Positions 22,479-33,431 of a stretch of DNA of 64,000 nt are shown piece after piece. How positions within the stretch are numbered: the stretch's first letter is position 1; each line of letters starts with the position of its first letter. The stretch covers positions 256,001-320,000 of the forward strand of contig CAWHHI010000020.1 in the NCBI GenBank assembly GCA_963829055.1. Direction: 5' to 3'. Origin of the DNA: an uncultured Gemmatimonadaceae bacterium. Lineage in GTDB: Bacteria; Gemmatimonadota; Gemmatimonadetes; Gemmatimonadales; Gemmatimonadaceae. The notes below the pieces were generated by a model, which worked only from the letters and a program-made list of their open reading frames with translations, made no database searches and was not told the DNA's origin. The translations under genes and the position numbers were made by a program.

Positions 22479-23560
22479 GCACCTGTGCTCGAGAAAGCAG
22501 TGGCGCCGATGCCGATTCTGCTATTGGCGCGTCGACAGCGACGAGTCGGCCTGACCGCGCCGATTGCTCGGCGGCTTCGACGACGGCGATCGTGCGGAGA
22601 CCGTCCGTCAGGCTCGGGGTCGCCGGCGTTCGGTCGGTGATGGCCTGGACGAACGCTGACATCGCCGATGGAAATGACGGGTCGTGCATGGGTGAGCGCA
22701 GCTTGCGGATGGCGTAAGGCAAGGCGCGCATCTCGCCAGCGAAGCGCGTCGCCGCCACACCGAGCGTACCGCTGGCGCTCGCCGGTGTCACTTCGACGCG
22801 GAGAGAGCGATAGCGATCGATGGTGAGGCGGCCAGCCGAACCGTGGAGCTCGATGCGGTCGTCGTCGATGGTGCCGAGAGAGCACATCATCTGCTCCGAC
22901 ACACCCGCTCGTTAGGCCGAGTTGTAGTGCCGCTGTGTCGTGCTCGGATTGGATGGAGCGAACGTCGGCGCTCACGTGTGCGATCTCCGTATCGAGCAGA
23001 AAGCGAACGAGGTCGATGTGATGCACGGCAAGATCGAGCAGCACGCCGCCACCGCTCTCGCGCCGCTGCTTCCACGCAGGGGTCGAGCGTTTCGGGGTCG
23101 CGAACACCGTGCGGATGCTCACCGGTGTGCCTATCGCGCCACTCGCGATTGCTGCGCGGGCTTCGACAACGAGGGGGTTGTAGCGATAGTTGAATCCCAT
23201 CATCGCCGTGAGCCCGCCTTGCCGCCACGCGTCGAGGACGCGAGTGGCGTCGGCGACACTCGTGGCAAGTGGCTTCTCGACGTAGACGTGTTTTCCTCGT
23301 TCGAGCGCCGCTACGGCGGCATCCGCATGGAGCATCGGTGGGAGCGCGATGATGACCGCGTCCACGTCCGACATCTCGAGCACGGCGCCGTAGTCGGCGA
23401 CGGCGCGGGCTTCGGGGGCGAGGGGTCGGGCGGCGTCGAGGTTCGCTGGCGATGTGTCCGCGAGGGCGATCACGCGCCCCCCGCGGATGCGAGAGAGCGA
23501 GCGAAGGTGCGCGGCGCGCGAGATGGCGCCACAACCGAGAATACCGAGCCGGACCGACAT
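22462..23560 (-). CDS. Gfo/Idh/MocA oxidoreductase, frameshift near 22900
   Basis: LGILGCGAI, GKHVYVEKPLA, GFNYRY, GGGVLLDLAVHHID. Confidence 0.9.
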
Positions 23561-23685
23561 GTCGTAAGCTAGCAAGGGACCTTGTCATCCGCCTGTGCGT
23601 GGCCGCACATTGGGGCAGGAGTCGACGGGCAGCCGGAGGCTCGATTACCCGTCGCGTCTGGCGTTAGGCCCTGGCCCTCTTTCGA

Positions 23686-24165
23686 ATGGCCCGCGCGCTC
23701 ACCTACCCTTCCCCGTTCGAAGAATCGCGAGTCGCGCGCCTGGCCAAGCGCGTGTTGCTGGCGAGCATCGTGGTCCAACTCCCCATCGGCGCGATGTCGA
23801 GCTACCGCGCGTGGGTGCAGATCAAGGACCTCACGCTGACGACGACGAGCGCCGTGATCGCACCCGGTGTGGTGGTCCGCGCGGATCTCGTGAGCTGGGC
23901 GCGTACGGAGTCGGACGCCCGCATCGAGCTCGTTCAGGGGCGGCACGTCGAGATGCTCGGCGAGGTCTACCTGCACCGCAACCACGAGCCGGTGTTCGAC
24001 CCGCGACCGCGGCACGGCGCCGTGGTCGTGATGATCCGTCCGGCGCACCTCGCGGGCTTCTCGACCGGCCCCGCGACGCTGCGCGCGAGCGCGGTCGGCC
24101 GTCCGCAGTGGCTCCGGGTGCCTCCCCCGACGCTGCGCGAGCAGGCGGTCACGATCCGCCCGTAG
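23686..24165 (+). CDS. Hypothetical membrane-anchored protein
   Basis: 159 aa ORF with one hydrophobic N-terminal segment and protein-like composition; fills the gap between genes. Confidence 0.55.
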   Translation: MARALTYPSPFEESRVARLAKRVLLASIVVQLPIGAMSSYRAWVQIKDLTLTTTSAVIAPGVVVRADLVSWARTESDARIELVQGRHVEMLGEVYLHRNHEPVFDPRPRHGAVVVMIRPAHLAGFSTGPATLRASAVGRPQWLRVPPPTLREQAVTIRP

Positions 24166-24207
24166 ACCGTCGTCGCGCGAGTCCAGTCCCCGCCCGTCAG
24201 CCTGCCC

Positions 24208-24804
24208 GTGACTGAATCCCGTCAGCTCCTCCAGCACTTCCTCGCCGCACTCGCGTATCGCACGCAGAAGGCCGTGCGTGGTGCGCCCGATACATTCGCG
24301 GATTTTCGCATCGGTCCCACGAGCCGCACGCCGAAGGAGCTCGTGTGGCACATGACCAGCGTCATTGGCTATGCCCGGACGATGTTCCACGGCGGGCGCT
24401 TCACTCCGCCGGATCTTCCGACGTTCGCCGACCACGTCAACCGCTTCCACGAGACACTCGAAGCACTCCGTGCCGATTTCGGTGACGAGTCGCTCACCGC
24501 ACGCATCACGGATCAGCAGTTCCTCCAGGGACCGTTGTCGGACGCGATGACGCACGCGGGCCAGCTCGCGATGCTCCGCCGACTCGTCGGATCGCCCGTG
24601 CCGTCCGAGAACTTCATCTTCGCGGACGTGCGCCGCGAGAACGTCTCGGCTGCTCAACCGGAGCCGGCCGCGCCGGACGAGTGGTGGCGGGCGGACGATG
24701 CTCCTCGACCGCCGGGGGCGTTCAAGAGCGCCAGCGACGACAGGGTGGCGGACCGAACCGAGGCGCCAGGCAGTCTCGCGCAGGATCGTCGGCTTCCACA
24801 CTGA
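24208..24804 (+). CDS. DinB-superfamily protein
   Basis: HFLAALAYRTQKA..RTPKELVWHM..LQGPLSDAMTHAGQLAMLRRL. Confidence 0.8.
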   Translation: MTESRQLLQHFLAALAYRTQKAVRGAPDTFADFRIGPTSRTPKELVWHMTSVIGYARTMFHGGRFTPPDLPTFADHVNRFHETLEALRADFGDESLTARITDQQFLQGPLSDAMTHAGQLAMLRRLVGSPVPSENFIFADVRRENVSAAQPEPAAPDEWWRADDAPRPPGAFKSASDDRVADRTEAPGSLAQDRRLPH

Positions 24805-24982
24805 CGACGTCGGCGACTGGGTGGCGGATCTCGAGTGCGGACATTCCCAACACGTGCGGCACGATCCGCCGTGGCAGAACCGTCCGTGGGTCGTGACGCC
24901 TGAAGGGCGGGCGCACTATCTCGGAACGGAGCTCCGCTGCGTCGTGTGTCTCGAGAGCGGTATCGATCGGCCGAAGCGTTAG
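24698..24982 (+). CDS. DUF3565-domain protein, start uncertain
   Basis: IVGFHTDDVGDWVADLECGHSQHVRHDPPWQNRPWV..LGTELRCVVC. Confidence 0.8.
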   Translation: MLLDRRGRSRAPATTGWRTEPRRQAVSRRIVGFHTDDVGDWVADLECGHSQHVRHDPPWQNRPWVVTPEGRAHYLGTELRCVVCLESGIDRPKR

Positions 24983-25558
24983 GTGGCTCGGGAGCAGCGC
25001 ATCATCCTCGTTCGCCACGGTCGGTCGGCGCACATCGAGAGCCCGGGCTGGATCGACGTGGACGGCGTGCATCGCTGGCAGGGGGCGTACGACGACGCCG
25101 GAATTCTCGCCGAGAGTGTGCCGCCGAGAGCGCTCGTCGATGTCGCCGCCAGCGCGGAGTGCCTGATCACCAGCGACATGCCTCGCGCGCTCGCATCCGC
25201 GGAGCGGCTCGCGCCGGGGAAAGTCGCTCGCGTGTCGCCGCTGCTTCGCGAGATGCACCTCGAGGTTCCGCGCTGGGTGCGCGCGCGATGGCCCCTGCCG
25301 GTGTGGGCGGTGTGCATCCACCTGCACTGGCTCGTCCGGGAGCGGCGTGGGGAGATCGCTGCTCCGTCGGAACTGCAGCGTGCCGCGGACGCGGTCGCCC
25401 TGCTCGACGATGCGTCGCGTGAGGCAGGGACGGTGGTCGCGGTGACTCACGGCGCGTTCCGGCGGCTACTCGCGCTGCAACTCGTGGCGGCCGGCTGGCG
25501 AGCCGAACGTCGAGTGGGTGGCTATCAGAACTGGAGCTCGTGGCCGTTCAGCCGCTAG
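24983..25558 (+). CDS. Histidine phosphatase superfamily protein
   Basis: IILVRHG, SDMPRALASA, LLRE, VAVTHG. Confidence 0.8.
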   Translation: MAREQRIILVRHGRSAHIESPGWIDVDGVHRWQGAYDDAGILAESVPPRALVDVAASAECLITSDMPRALASAERLAPGKVARVSPLLREMHLEVPRWVRARWPLPVWAVCIHLHWLVRERRGEIAAPSELQRAADAVALLDDASREAGTVVAVTHGAFRRLLALQLVAAGWRAERRVGGYQNWSSWPFSR

Positions 25559-25560
25559 GG

Positions 25561-25726
25561 TGTCATTCCGAGCGGAGGCCGAAGGCCGCGGGTGCCCTCG
25601 GGCGCATGAGGAATCGCGATCATACGGGTAGAGGGGCCCCTCTATCGGGACGATCGCGATTCCTCATGCGCCCACTTCGTGGGCACCCGGCTGCGCTCGC
25701 TCGGAATGACACCCGCTCGGAATGAC
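25561..25726. repeat. Family C element between convergent genes
   Basis: TGTCATTCCGAGCG..GAGGAATCGCGAT..ATCGCGATTCCTC..CGCTCGGAATGAC (right end doubled). Confidence 0.9.
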
Positions 25727-28639
25727 TACCGCCTCGGCTCCGGGTGGACCGTGATCGGCTGCGTGAGGGTCTTGCCGTTCGCGGTCAGACGAACCGTGTA
25801 GTTGCCGACGATTGGCGGCGCCTCGGCCGCACCCCGCCCGCCGCCACCACCGCCGAATCCGCCAGTCGGCGTGAGGTTCCACGCGACGCGGTGCATGCCC
25901 GCCGCGCTCGACATCGGCTCGGGCGCCTGACGCCACAGGGGCGACGTGTTGGGAATGCCGCCTGGGCGTCCGCCGCCGAATCCACGGCCTGCCGGCTGTT
26001 GCTGGCGGGACGGGTCGGTGGAGTAGGTCGCCACGACCGCGTTGGCCGAGTCGAGGATCTCCACGGTCACAGGACCGCTGGCGGGCGATCGGAGGTAGTA
26101 GTCGATGTACGCGGCGTTAGGCGGGTTCGGCGCCTGCGGCTCGTCCTTCTGGAGCGGCGTGCCGTTGTCGCCACCCTGCTGGACGTTGATCGCATCCGAC
26201 GGCTTGAACAGGTAGACGTCCGCCTTCGCGATCTCGTCGCTCGCCTGACGCAGCACCGCGATGTCGTCGATGACCCAGAAGCCGCGCCCGTGCGTCGCGA
26301 CGATGAGGTCGTTCTCGTAGATCTCGAAGTCGCGCACGGACGTGACTGGGAGATTGAGCTGCAGCGGTTGCCAGCTGTCGCCATCGTCGAACGACAGGAA
26401 TGCGCCGCGCTCCGTTCCCGCGAACAGCAGTCCCTTTCGCTTGGGATCTTCCTTGACCGTGTGCACGTAGACGCCAGCCGGCAGACCGTTCGTGATCTTC
26501 TGCCAGCTCTTCCCCAGGTCGCGCGTGCGGTAGATGTACGGGTCGAAGTCCTGGAGCTGATGGCGGTCGACGCTCGCGTACGCCGTGTTCGCGTCGAAGT
26601 GGGACGCCTCCATCATCGTAACACGGCTCCATGCCGTGACGGCGTTAGGCGTCACGTTCTGCCACGTCGCGCCGTCATCAGGCGAGACCTGAATCAGGCC
26701 GTCGTCGGTGCCGATCCAGAGCAGCGGCGCGCGAAGCGGTGACGGCGAGATGGTGTAGATGACGCCGCGTTTTCCGTTGCGGTCCGTGTGCGCGGCGGCT
26801 GCGGCGTCGAGGTTCGACGGGACGCCGGGGTCGGGCCGCGTCAGGTCGTCGCTGATCCGCGTCCACGTCTGTGCGCCGTCCGTCGTCTTGAACAGGAACT
26901 GATTCGCGTAGTAGAGCGCGTGCGGGTCCGCCATCGAGAACACGAGCGGCTGCGTCCAGTCGTTGCGCGCCTGCTCGGGCGCCTGCGGCGCAGTCGTGCC
27001 GCGAACCGCGGTGTTCGTCTCGAGGTTCCAGCGCGTGCCGGTGCCGCCGAAGATGATGCCGGGATTGAGCGGATCGCCCGCGGTCATGCCACTCTCGCCA
27101 CCCGCACCGATCGGCTCCCAGTCTCGCATCGAGATCTCGGCGAACTTGCCGCGCGACCGCACGGCGACGGCGCCCGAGTCCTGCTGCGCGCCCGTCACCC
27201 AGTACGGGAAGCGGCGATCGACCGAGAGATGATAGATCTGCGCCGTCGGCTGATTCAGCCACGAGCTCCACGTCACGTCGTGCGGGTCGTCCGCACGAGC
27301 GTTGCGCGTGATGATCGCGCCCTGATCGCTGGCGACGATCATCGTGTTCGTGTCGTCCGGCGAGATCCACGCCTGGTGGTAGTCGTCGCCACCGGGCGAT
27401 CCGCGCAGCGCAACCCATGTCTTGCCGCCGTCGTGCGTGCGGCTGACCGAGACGTTAGGCACGTAGACCGTGTCGGCGTCCTTCGGGTCGACGACGAGCT
27501 TCTCGAAATACCAGCCGCGCCCCCAGAGCGCGGGATCGCCCGACATCTTCGTCCACGTCGCGCCGGCGTCGTCGGAGCGGAAGAATCCACCCTGCCCCGG
27601 CGGCGCCTGCGCTCCACCTCGCCCGCCGCCTGCGCCGGCTGGCGGCGCGGCCGGCGCGCGGCGCGTTAGGATCGGGAACGAGACAATCGACCACCGCGTA
27701 CAGGCGCCGCGGATTGCTCGGCGCGACGGCGATGCCGCTCCGCCCGATCCCCTCCTTCGGCAGGCCGGTGGTGAGTTGCGTCCACGTCGTACCGCCATCG
27801 GTGCTCTTGAAGATGCCGCCGCCCGGCCCGTTCGTCGGGGCGTACGTGTACCACGGCGGACGGCGCGTATTCCACAGACACGCGTACACGACGCGCGAGT
27901 TCGTCGGATCGATCACGACGTCCACGGCGCCGACGTCGTTGTTCTTGAACAACACCTTGCGCCACGTCTTGCCGCCGTCGGTCGACTTGAAGACGCCGCG
28001 GTCGGCGTTAGGTGCGTAGAGGTGCCCGATCGCGGCGACGAACACGATGTTCGGGTTCTTCGGGTCGACGGCGATCTTGCCGATGTGCTGCGTCTCGTCG
28101 AGTCCGAGATGCGTCCAGTGCTTGCCGGCATCGGTGGACTTGTAGACGCCGTTGCCGTACCCGACCGAATCACGAAGCGTCGACTCGCCGCTTCCGACGT
28201 AGATGGTGTCCGGGGCCGACGGCGCGACCGCAAGCGCGCCGATGGACGCGACGGGCTGCCCGTCGAAGATCGGCGTCCACACTCGGCCTGCGTCGATGGA
28301 CTTCCAGACGCCGCCGTTCACGGACCCGAAGTAGAACTCGTTAGGCCTCCCCGGGACACCGCTCACGGCGTCGACACGACCACCGCGGAAGGGGCCGAGC
28401 ATGCGCCACCGGAGGCCGGAGAACAGCGTGGCCATCTCGTCGGATGACGGACCGGTCGACCCGCCGACTCGGGTTCCGGATGGAACGAGCCCGCGCGCAA
28501 CGGACGGTCCGAACATCGAGACGGCGCCGCCGATCTGGGCGGCGCGAACGAGGAATCCGCGCCGCGACACTTCGCTGTCTGAAGACAGGATGGCGTCGGA
28601 TGTGGTTTCGGAATCCGTCTCATCGCGCTCGTCGCTCAC
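25726..28639 (-). CDS. Vps10/BNR (Asp-box) repeat glycosyl-hydrolase-like protein with Tat signal; frameshift near 27660
   Basis: SRRGFL twin-arginine motif; LRWRMLGPFRGGRV; repeated KSTDGGxTW; GAQQDSG; LIVATHGRGFWVIDD. Confidence 0.88.
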
Positions 28640-28695
28640 GTTCCCTCCAACATAGTGGTATTGCTAGACAGCTTTGGGAAAAAAGAAGAACAACA

Positions 28696-28872
28696 AACAG
28701 CAACAGCAGGACAGGATGGCCAGGATTGGCAGGATTACAGGATGACTGCCACACCTCGAGCGGCGACTCGGCGGGGCCTAACGAATGAAGGAACACATCT
28801 CGGAGCCTCTGTTCAATCCTGTCCATCCTGCCAATCCTGTCATGTAGTTGCCGTTGCAGTTGCAGTTGCCGT
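28696..28872. repeat. Palindromic repeat family B, copy 2
   Basis: Shares GACAGGATGGCCAGGATTGG, GGGGCCTAACGAATGAAGGAACACATCTC and GGAGCCTCTGTTCAATCCTGTCCATCCTGCCAATCCTGTC with copy 1. Confidence 0.85.
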
Positions 28873-28894
28873 CATCCTGCCCTGCAGTTGTCGA

Positions 28895-30140
28895 CTACTT
28901 CTTGAGCGTCGCGCCCGTGAGCTGCGCGATGGCGCTCAGGGTCGTCTGCGCCGCGTTCATGCCGAGCAGAAAGTCCTTGTCGCTGTACGTCGTGAACACG
29001 TCGGTCGGCTGGTGCCAGTTCGGATCCCAACCAGCGCCGATCTCGCGACCACGCTCGTTCTCCCGCAGACTGATCGACGGGATCAGGTCCTGGAATGGCG
29101 CGCTGTCCGTGTTCGTCATGTGCGGACCCACCTGCGCCGGATAGTCCGTCGCGTACTTCTCGTTCGCGGAGTGGAGGATCCAGGCGAGCTTCTGCGACGC
29201 CCTCGGACATCTTCGAGTTCGACTGGAACTCGATGTTCACGTCCGCCTCCGGGCGCTGCTCCTTGCTCACCGTGCCGTCAGCGCGGGGCATGCCGTGATC
29301 CCACATCATCATGTCGTGCTGGATCATGCCGAGCCACTTGGGCTCCGGATATTTCTTCGATCCCGCCGGCGATTCCTTGCCCTGCAGCGCCTGGCGTTGT
29401 TCGACGTACGCGCGCGCGCCGTTGAGGCCCGTCTCCTCGTTGTTCCAGAGGATGAAGCGGATCGAGCGGTCGGTCTGCACATCCGGGCTGCTGAAGACCC
29501 GCGCGAGCTCCATCACGATCGCCGTTCCGGAGCCGTCGTCGTTCGCGGCCTCGCCCCAGCCGTGACCGTCCATGTGGCCACCGACGATGTACATCTCCTC
29601 CGGGTGCGTCGTGCCGACCTTCGTGCAGTACACCTCCTGGCGCTCTCCGGGCGTCGTCGGCTCCATGTTGATCGCCCGGATCTGCGGGTCGGGCTGCGCC
29701 AGCGAATCGGTGTTCACGCCAGTGCGAGCACGATTGCCGCGGAGACGTCCGCCGCCCGACGCCTGGGTGCTCCGAGCCGCCGCCGCGCGCCGTGCCGCAA
29801 TGGCCGCACTGTCCTGCGGCTGTGGTGGGCGCTGTCCGCCCGCCGCGGGCTGATAGTCGTACTTGATGCGCTCGGTGTTCGTGCAGCCGTAGCTCTTGAG
29901 CTGCGCCTCGATCCAGTCGACCGCGTCCCGGTTGCGCTTCGTGCCCTGCCGGCGGTCGCCGAACTGCGTGAGGCCCTTCACCGTCGCCTTGTATTTCGCC
30001 AGCTCGAGGCGGCTGACCATGGCGCGTATGGGGTCATTCGCGGTATCGGCCGGCGCATTGGCGCCGCCCTGCGCGAAGACGGGTGTGCCGAGGATGGCGA
30101 CCAACGACCAGGCCGCAACGATCGGGGATTTCACTCGCAT
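28895..30140 (-). CDS. Secreted M28-family metallopeptidase, frameshift near 29200
   Basis: IVGGHMD, AANDDGSG, NNEETGLNG, QHDMM, WHQPTD. Confidence 0.88.
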
Positions 30141-30326
30141 GAATTTCCTGTTAGGCAACGGGTGAACGGGTGAGCGGGAGATGATAGCGCACGTGAAGCG
30201 CTTCGTCATGCTGGCGACAGCTACGCCGGTCTAGGTTGAGCAAAAAGACCGGCGAACTCAGCTCAAGTACGCTGTCTCGAGGCGGCACGTTGGGGCAGAG
30301 TCCGGCGCAGACGGGGAGGAAATGGC

Positions 30327-30478
30327 TGTCATTCCGAGCGGAGGCCGCAGGCCGCAGTCGAGGAATCCTACGCGTGCCGGTAGAGGGGCCCCTCTACCCG
30401 GACACCGACGATTCCTCATGCGCCCACCTGCTGGGCACCCGCGCTCGCTCGCCGAATGACAACCGCGCTCGGAATGAC
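30327..30478. repeat. Family C element overlapping the start of the next gene
   Basis: TGTCATTCCGAGCG..GAGGAATC..GATTCCTC..GCGCTCGGAATGAC. Confidence 0.88.
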
Positions 30479-31281
30479 GCTCATCCTGTCGGCGTGCGCG
30501 CACGGCGACCAGCCAACCCACGTCGCGCGCGACCCCTGGCTCCGCGCCCAGCCGCTCTTCCTTTATTCAGCCGCCGACACGACGCGACCACCGCGCGCCG
30601 TGATCTTCTTCTTCGGGAACGACATCGGATTCTGGCAGCCACACCGCCAACTCGCCGGCTCCCTCGCACAATCGCAGTACGCCGTCGCCGGCTTCGACAT
30701 GCGCTCACTCCTGCGAACACTCCCGGAGCGCCACCCCGCGCGAGACAGCGCCTTCGCCCTGGCCATCCGTCCGCTCATCGCGCGGGCGCGACACGAGCTC
30801 GGTGGCGACTCCGTTCCACTCATCATCGCCGGCCACTCGATCGGAGCAGAGCTTGCGATCTGGACTGCGGCCCACGCGCGACCCGCAGGTACGACCGCGG
30901 TGCTCGCCATGTCGCCGGGCTCACGCAGTCATCTCCAGAGTATCGCTGAGCGACATCATGAACGGACCGGAGCCTACCGGACCAGATAGCTACACGGTCG
31001 CCGACGCCGTCGCCGCTGTCCCATGCGACGAGCGCGTCGCTATCGTCCGCGGCACCCGCGACCGGTACGTCAAAGCCGACTCGGCGCTCATTGCCGCGGG
31101 CGGCGACCGCGTCCGACGATTCCTCGTTCCGCTCGCGGGCCATTCACTGAAGCGGCTGGCGATCGCGGGCTTCGAGACGAAGCGGGCGCTCGACTGGCTG
31201 CTCGCGACTCCGCTGACGGTCGTTAGGCAGGCGGCGGGCGATTCGCTGTCGCGCGCTCCGGGTCCTCCGCCTCCGCGGTGA
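30456..31281 (+). CDS. AcvB/VirJ-like alpha/beta hydrolase, probable lipoprotein; frameshift near 30935
   Basis: LILSAC lipobox; FFFGNDIGF, VAGFD, IIAGHSIGAE (GxSxG), RGTRD, AGH. Confidence 0.65.
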
Positions 31282-32028
31282 CCGCCGGCGTCTGCCGCGC
31301 GATGGTCGTGCCGGTCACGCAGATCGCCAGCCACGCCGTGCCCGCCGCGAATCCGCCGAGGACGTCCGTCGGAAAGTGGACGCCAAGGTAGATGCGACTC
31401 ACGCCGACGAGCAGCGCGAGGACCGCAGCCGAAAGGATGATGTAGCGTCGCTGTACGCGCCGCGGCCGCCAGTGGGTCGCGAGCATGTACGCCAGCATGC
31501 CGTACCCGATGGTGGCGGCCATCGTGTGTCCGCTCGGGAAGCTGAACGACATGACGTGCAGCCGCTCCATTGCCAGCGGTGGCCGGCTACGATGCACGAG
31601 CAGCTTGAGCAGCTTGTTGACCAGCACCCCGCCGACGAACGCCGACAGCCAGCACACCAGGAACAGTCGCCGGCGCTCGCGCCAGAGGACGAACGCTCCC
31701 GCGGCCGCAATCAGCGGGAATCGCGGGAACGTCACCGAGCCGCGTGATGAGCCCGAAGACGCGTAGACCGAGCGGCGTGACGCGGCCATCCACCCACGTC
31801 ATGCGCCGCCACGTCGAAGCGCACGACGGCCGCGTTGTCGAGCACCTCCTCGAGCAGCGCGCCGAACAGCCAGAGCGCGAGTGCCGCGACGCCGAGGCCG
31901 ACGGTCACGTGCAATCCCAGGTAGGCTTTGGGATCCAGGCGGGCCGCGACGAACCGCGCGACGCCAGCAAAGCGACCGGCGGGACGCGTTCGGGTCGGAT
32001 CGCTCGAAGACGAGGTGGAGACGGCCAT
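31223..32028 (-). CDS. PAP2-family phosphatase, frameshifted
   Basis: LKLLVHRSRP, SFPSGH, SRIYLGVHFPTDVLGG. Confidence 0.9.
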
Positions 32029-32141
32029 GATACGAACCTACACCACGCACCTTTCGTGAGCGTAAAGGTTCTGTCCCGGCACGTACCACTAGTATTGAGG
32101 ACGCGCGTTGCGCGCGGGCACCAGCCAAAGGACGGGTCATA

Positions 32142-32840
32142 GTGCGAACGCTCGGCGTGCTTGGCGGGATGAGCTGGGAATCGACGGCCGAGTACTATCG
32201 GCTGCTCAACCGCGGTGTGTCGGAGCGACTCGGCGGGCTGCATTCGGCACGGCTGCTCGTGCATAGCGTGGATTTCGCCGACGTCGCGGCAATGCAACAA
32301 GCCGGCGACTGGAGGGCGGCGGGCGCGCTGCTGGGCGAGGCAGCGGCGGGCCTCGAGCGCGCTGGAGCCGAGGCGATCGTGCTGGCGACGAACACCATGC
32401 ACTACGTAGCGGCGGAGATCGAACGCGCCATCGCTATCCCGCTCCTTCATATCGTCGACCCAACGGGCGAGGCACTCGCGCGACACGGTGTGACCCGTGC
32501 CGGACTGCTCGGGACGCGGTACACGATGGAGCTTCCGTTCTGGCGAGAGCGGCTGCTCGCGCGTTACGGCATCGATCTCGTCGTGCCGGATGATGCGGAC
32601 CGCGCGCTCGTGCATCGCGTGATCTTCGACGAGCTGTGTCGAGGACGGATCGACGCCGGCTCGCGGGCGGAGTACGTCGCAGTGACGGAGCGGCTGCGCG
32701 CGAAGGGTGCGGAGGCAGTGATCTTCGGCTGCACGGAGATCGGGCTGCTGCTCGGGCCGGACGACGTGTCGCTGCCGGCGTTCGACACGACGGTGTTGCA
32801 CTCGGCGGCGGCGGTGGAGTTCGCGGTGACGGGGCCATAG
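32142..32840 (+). CDS. Asp/Glu racemase family protein (YgeA/RacX-like)
   Basis: GVLGGMSWESTAEYY, ATNTMH, GCTEI. Confidence 0.93.
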   Translation: MRTLGVLGGMSWESTAEYYRLLNRGVSERLGGLHSARLLVHSVDFADVAAMQQAGDWRAAGALLGEAAAGLERAGAEAIVLATNTMHYVAAEIERAIAIPLLHIVDPTGEALARHGVTRAGLLGTRYTMELPFWRERLLARYGIDLVVPDDADRALVHRVIFDELCRGRIDAGSRAEYVAVTERLRAKGAEAVIFGCTEIGLLLGPDDVSLPAFDTTVLHSAAAVEFAVTGP

Positions 32841-32899
32841 GAAGGAGGCCGCAGGAAGGAGGCCGGAGAATGCAGGCCTCAGGAAGGAGGCCATAGGCC
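32833..32899. repeat. Tandem AGGAAGGAGGCC units
   Basis: Three copies; the first 18 nt are identical to 13985-14002. Confidence 0.75.
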
Positions 32900-32955
32900 G
32901 GCAGCAGTTCGTACTAGGCGTTAGGCACATCTCGGCCACTCGAGGAGGGGTTCGT

Positions 32956-33427
32956 ATGCACCGTATTCTCGTGTGCTTGCTTATCGCAGGCGTCATGACG
33001 ATTCGGCCGGCGCCGATATTCCGCCCAGGCGCCAGCCGCTACGGCGACAGCGCCGCTGCCTTCCATCACGTTGCCGCCTGCGCTCGATCGCGTGCTTCGT
33101 GATTATGAGCGGGCGTGGCGGGCGCGGAATGCGGACTCGCTGGCGGCGCTGTTCACCCAGGACGGGTTCACGCTCTCGTCCAGCCAACCCATGCGACGCG
33201 GGCGCGCCGCCATCCGCGACGGGTACGCGAACAGCGGCGGGCCGCTCGCGCTCCGCGCGGTCGCGTACGCGGCGGACGACACCGTGGGGTACATCATCGG
33301 CGCGTACGCGCGAGAGAGCGGCGATCCGGATATCGGAAAGTTCGTGCTCGCCCTCCGGCGCACGTCCGGAGGGCCGTGGCGGATCGCCGCGGACATGGAC
33401 AATGGCAACGGTCCGCCACGTCGTTAG
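32956..33427 (+). CDS. Exported NTF2/SnoaL-like (DUF4440-type) protein, frameshift near 33020
   Basis: RBS GAGGAGG; MHRILVCLLIAG signal; YERAW..LAALFTQDG..GRAAI..GKFVLALRR..WRIAADMDN. Confidence 0.75.
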
Positions 33428-33431
33428 GCTG

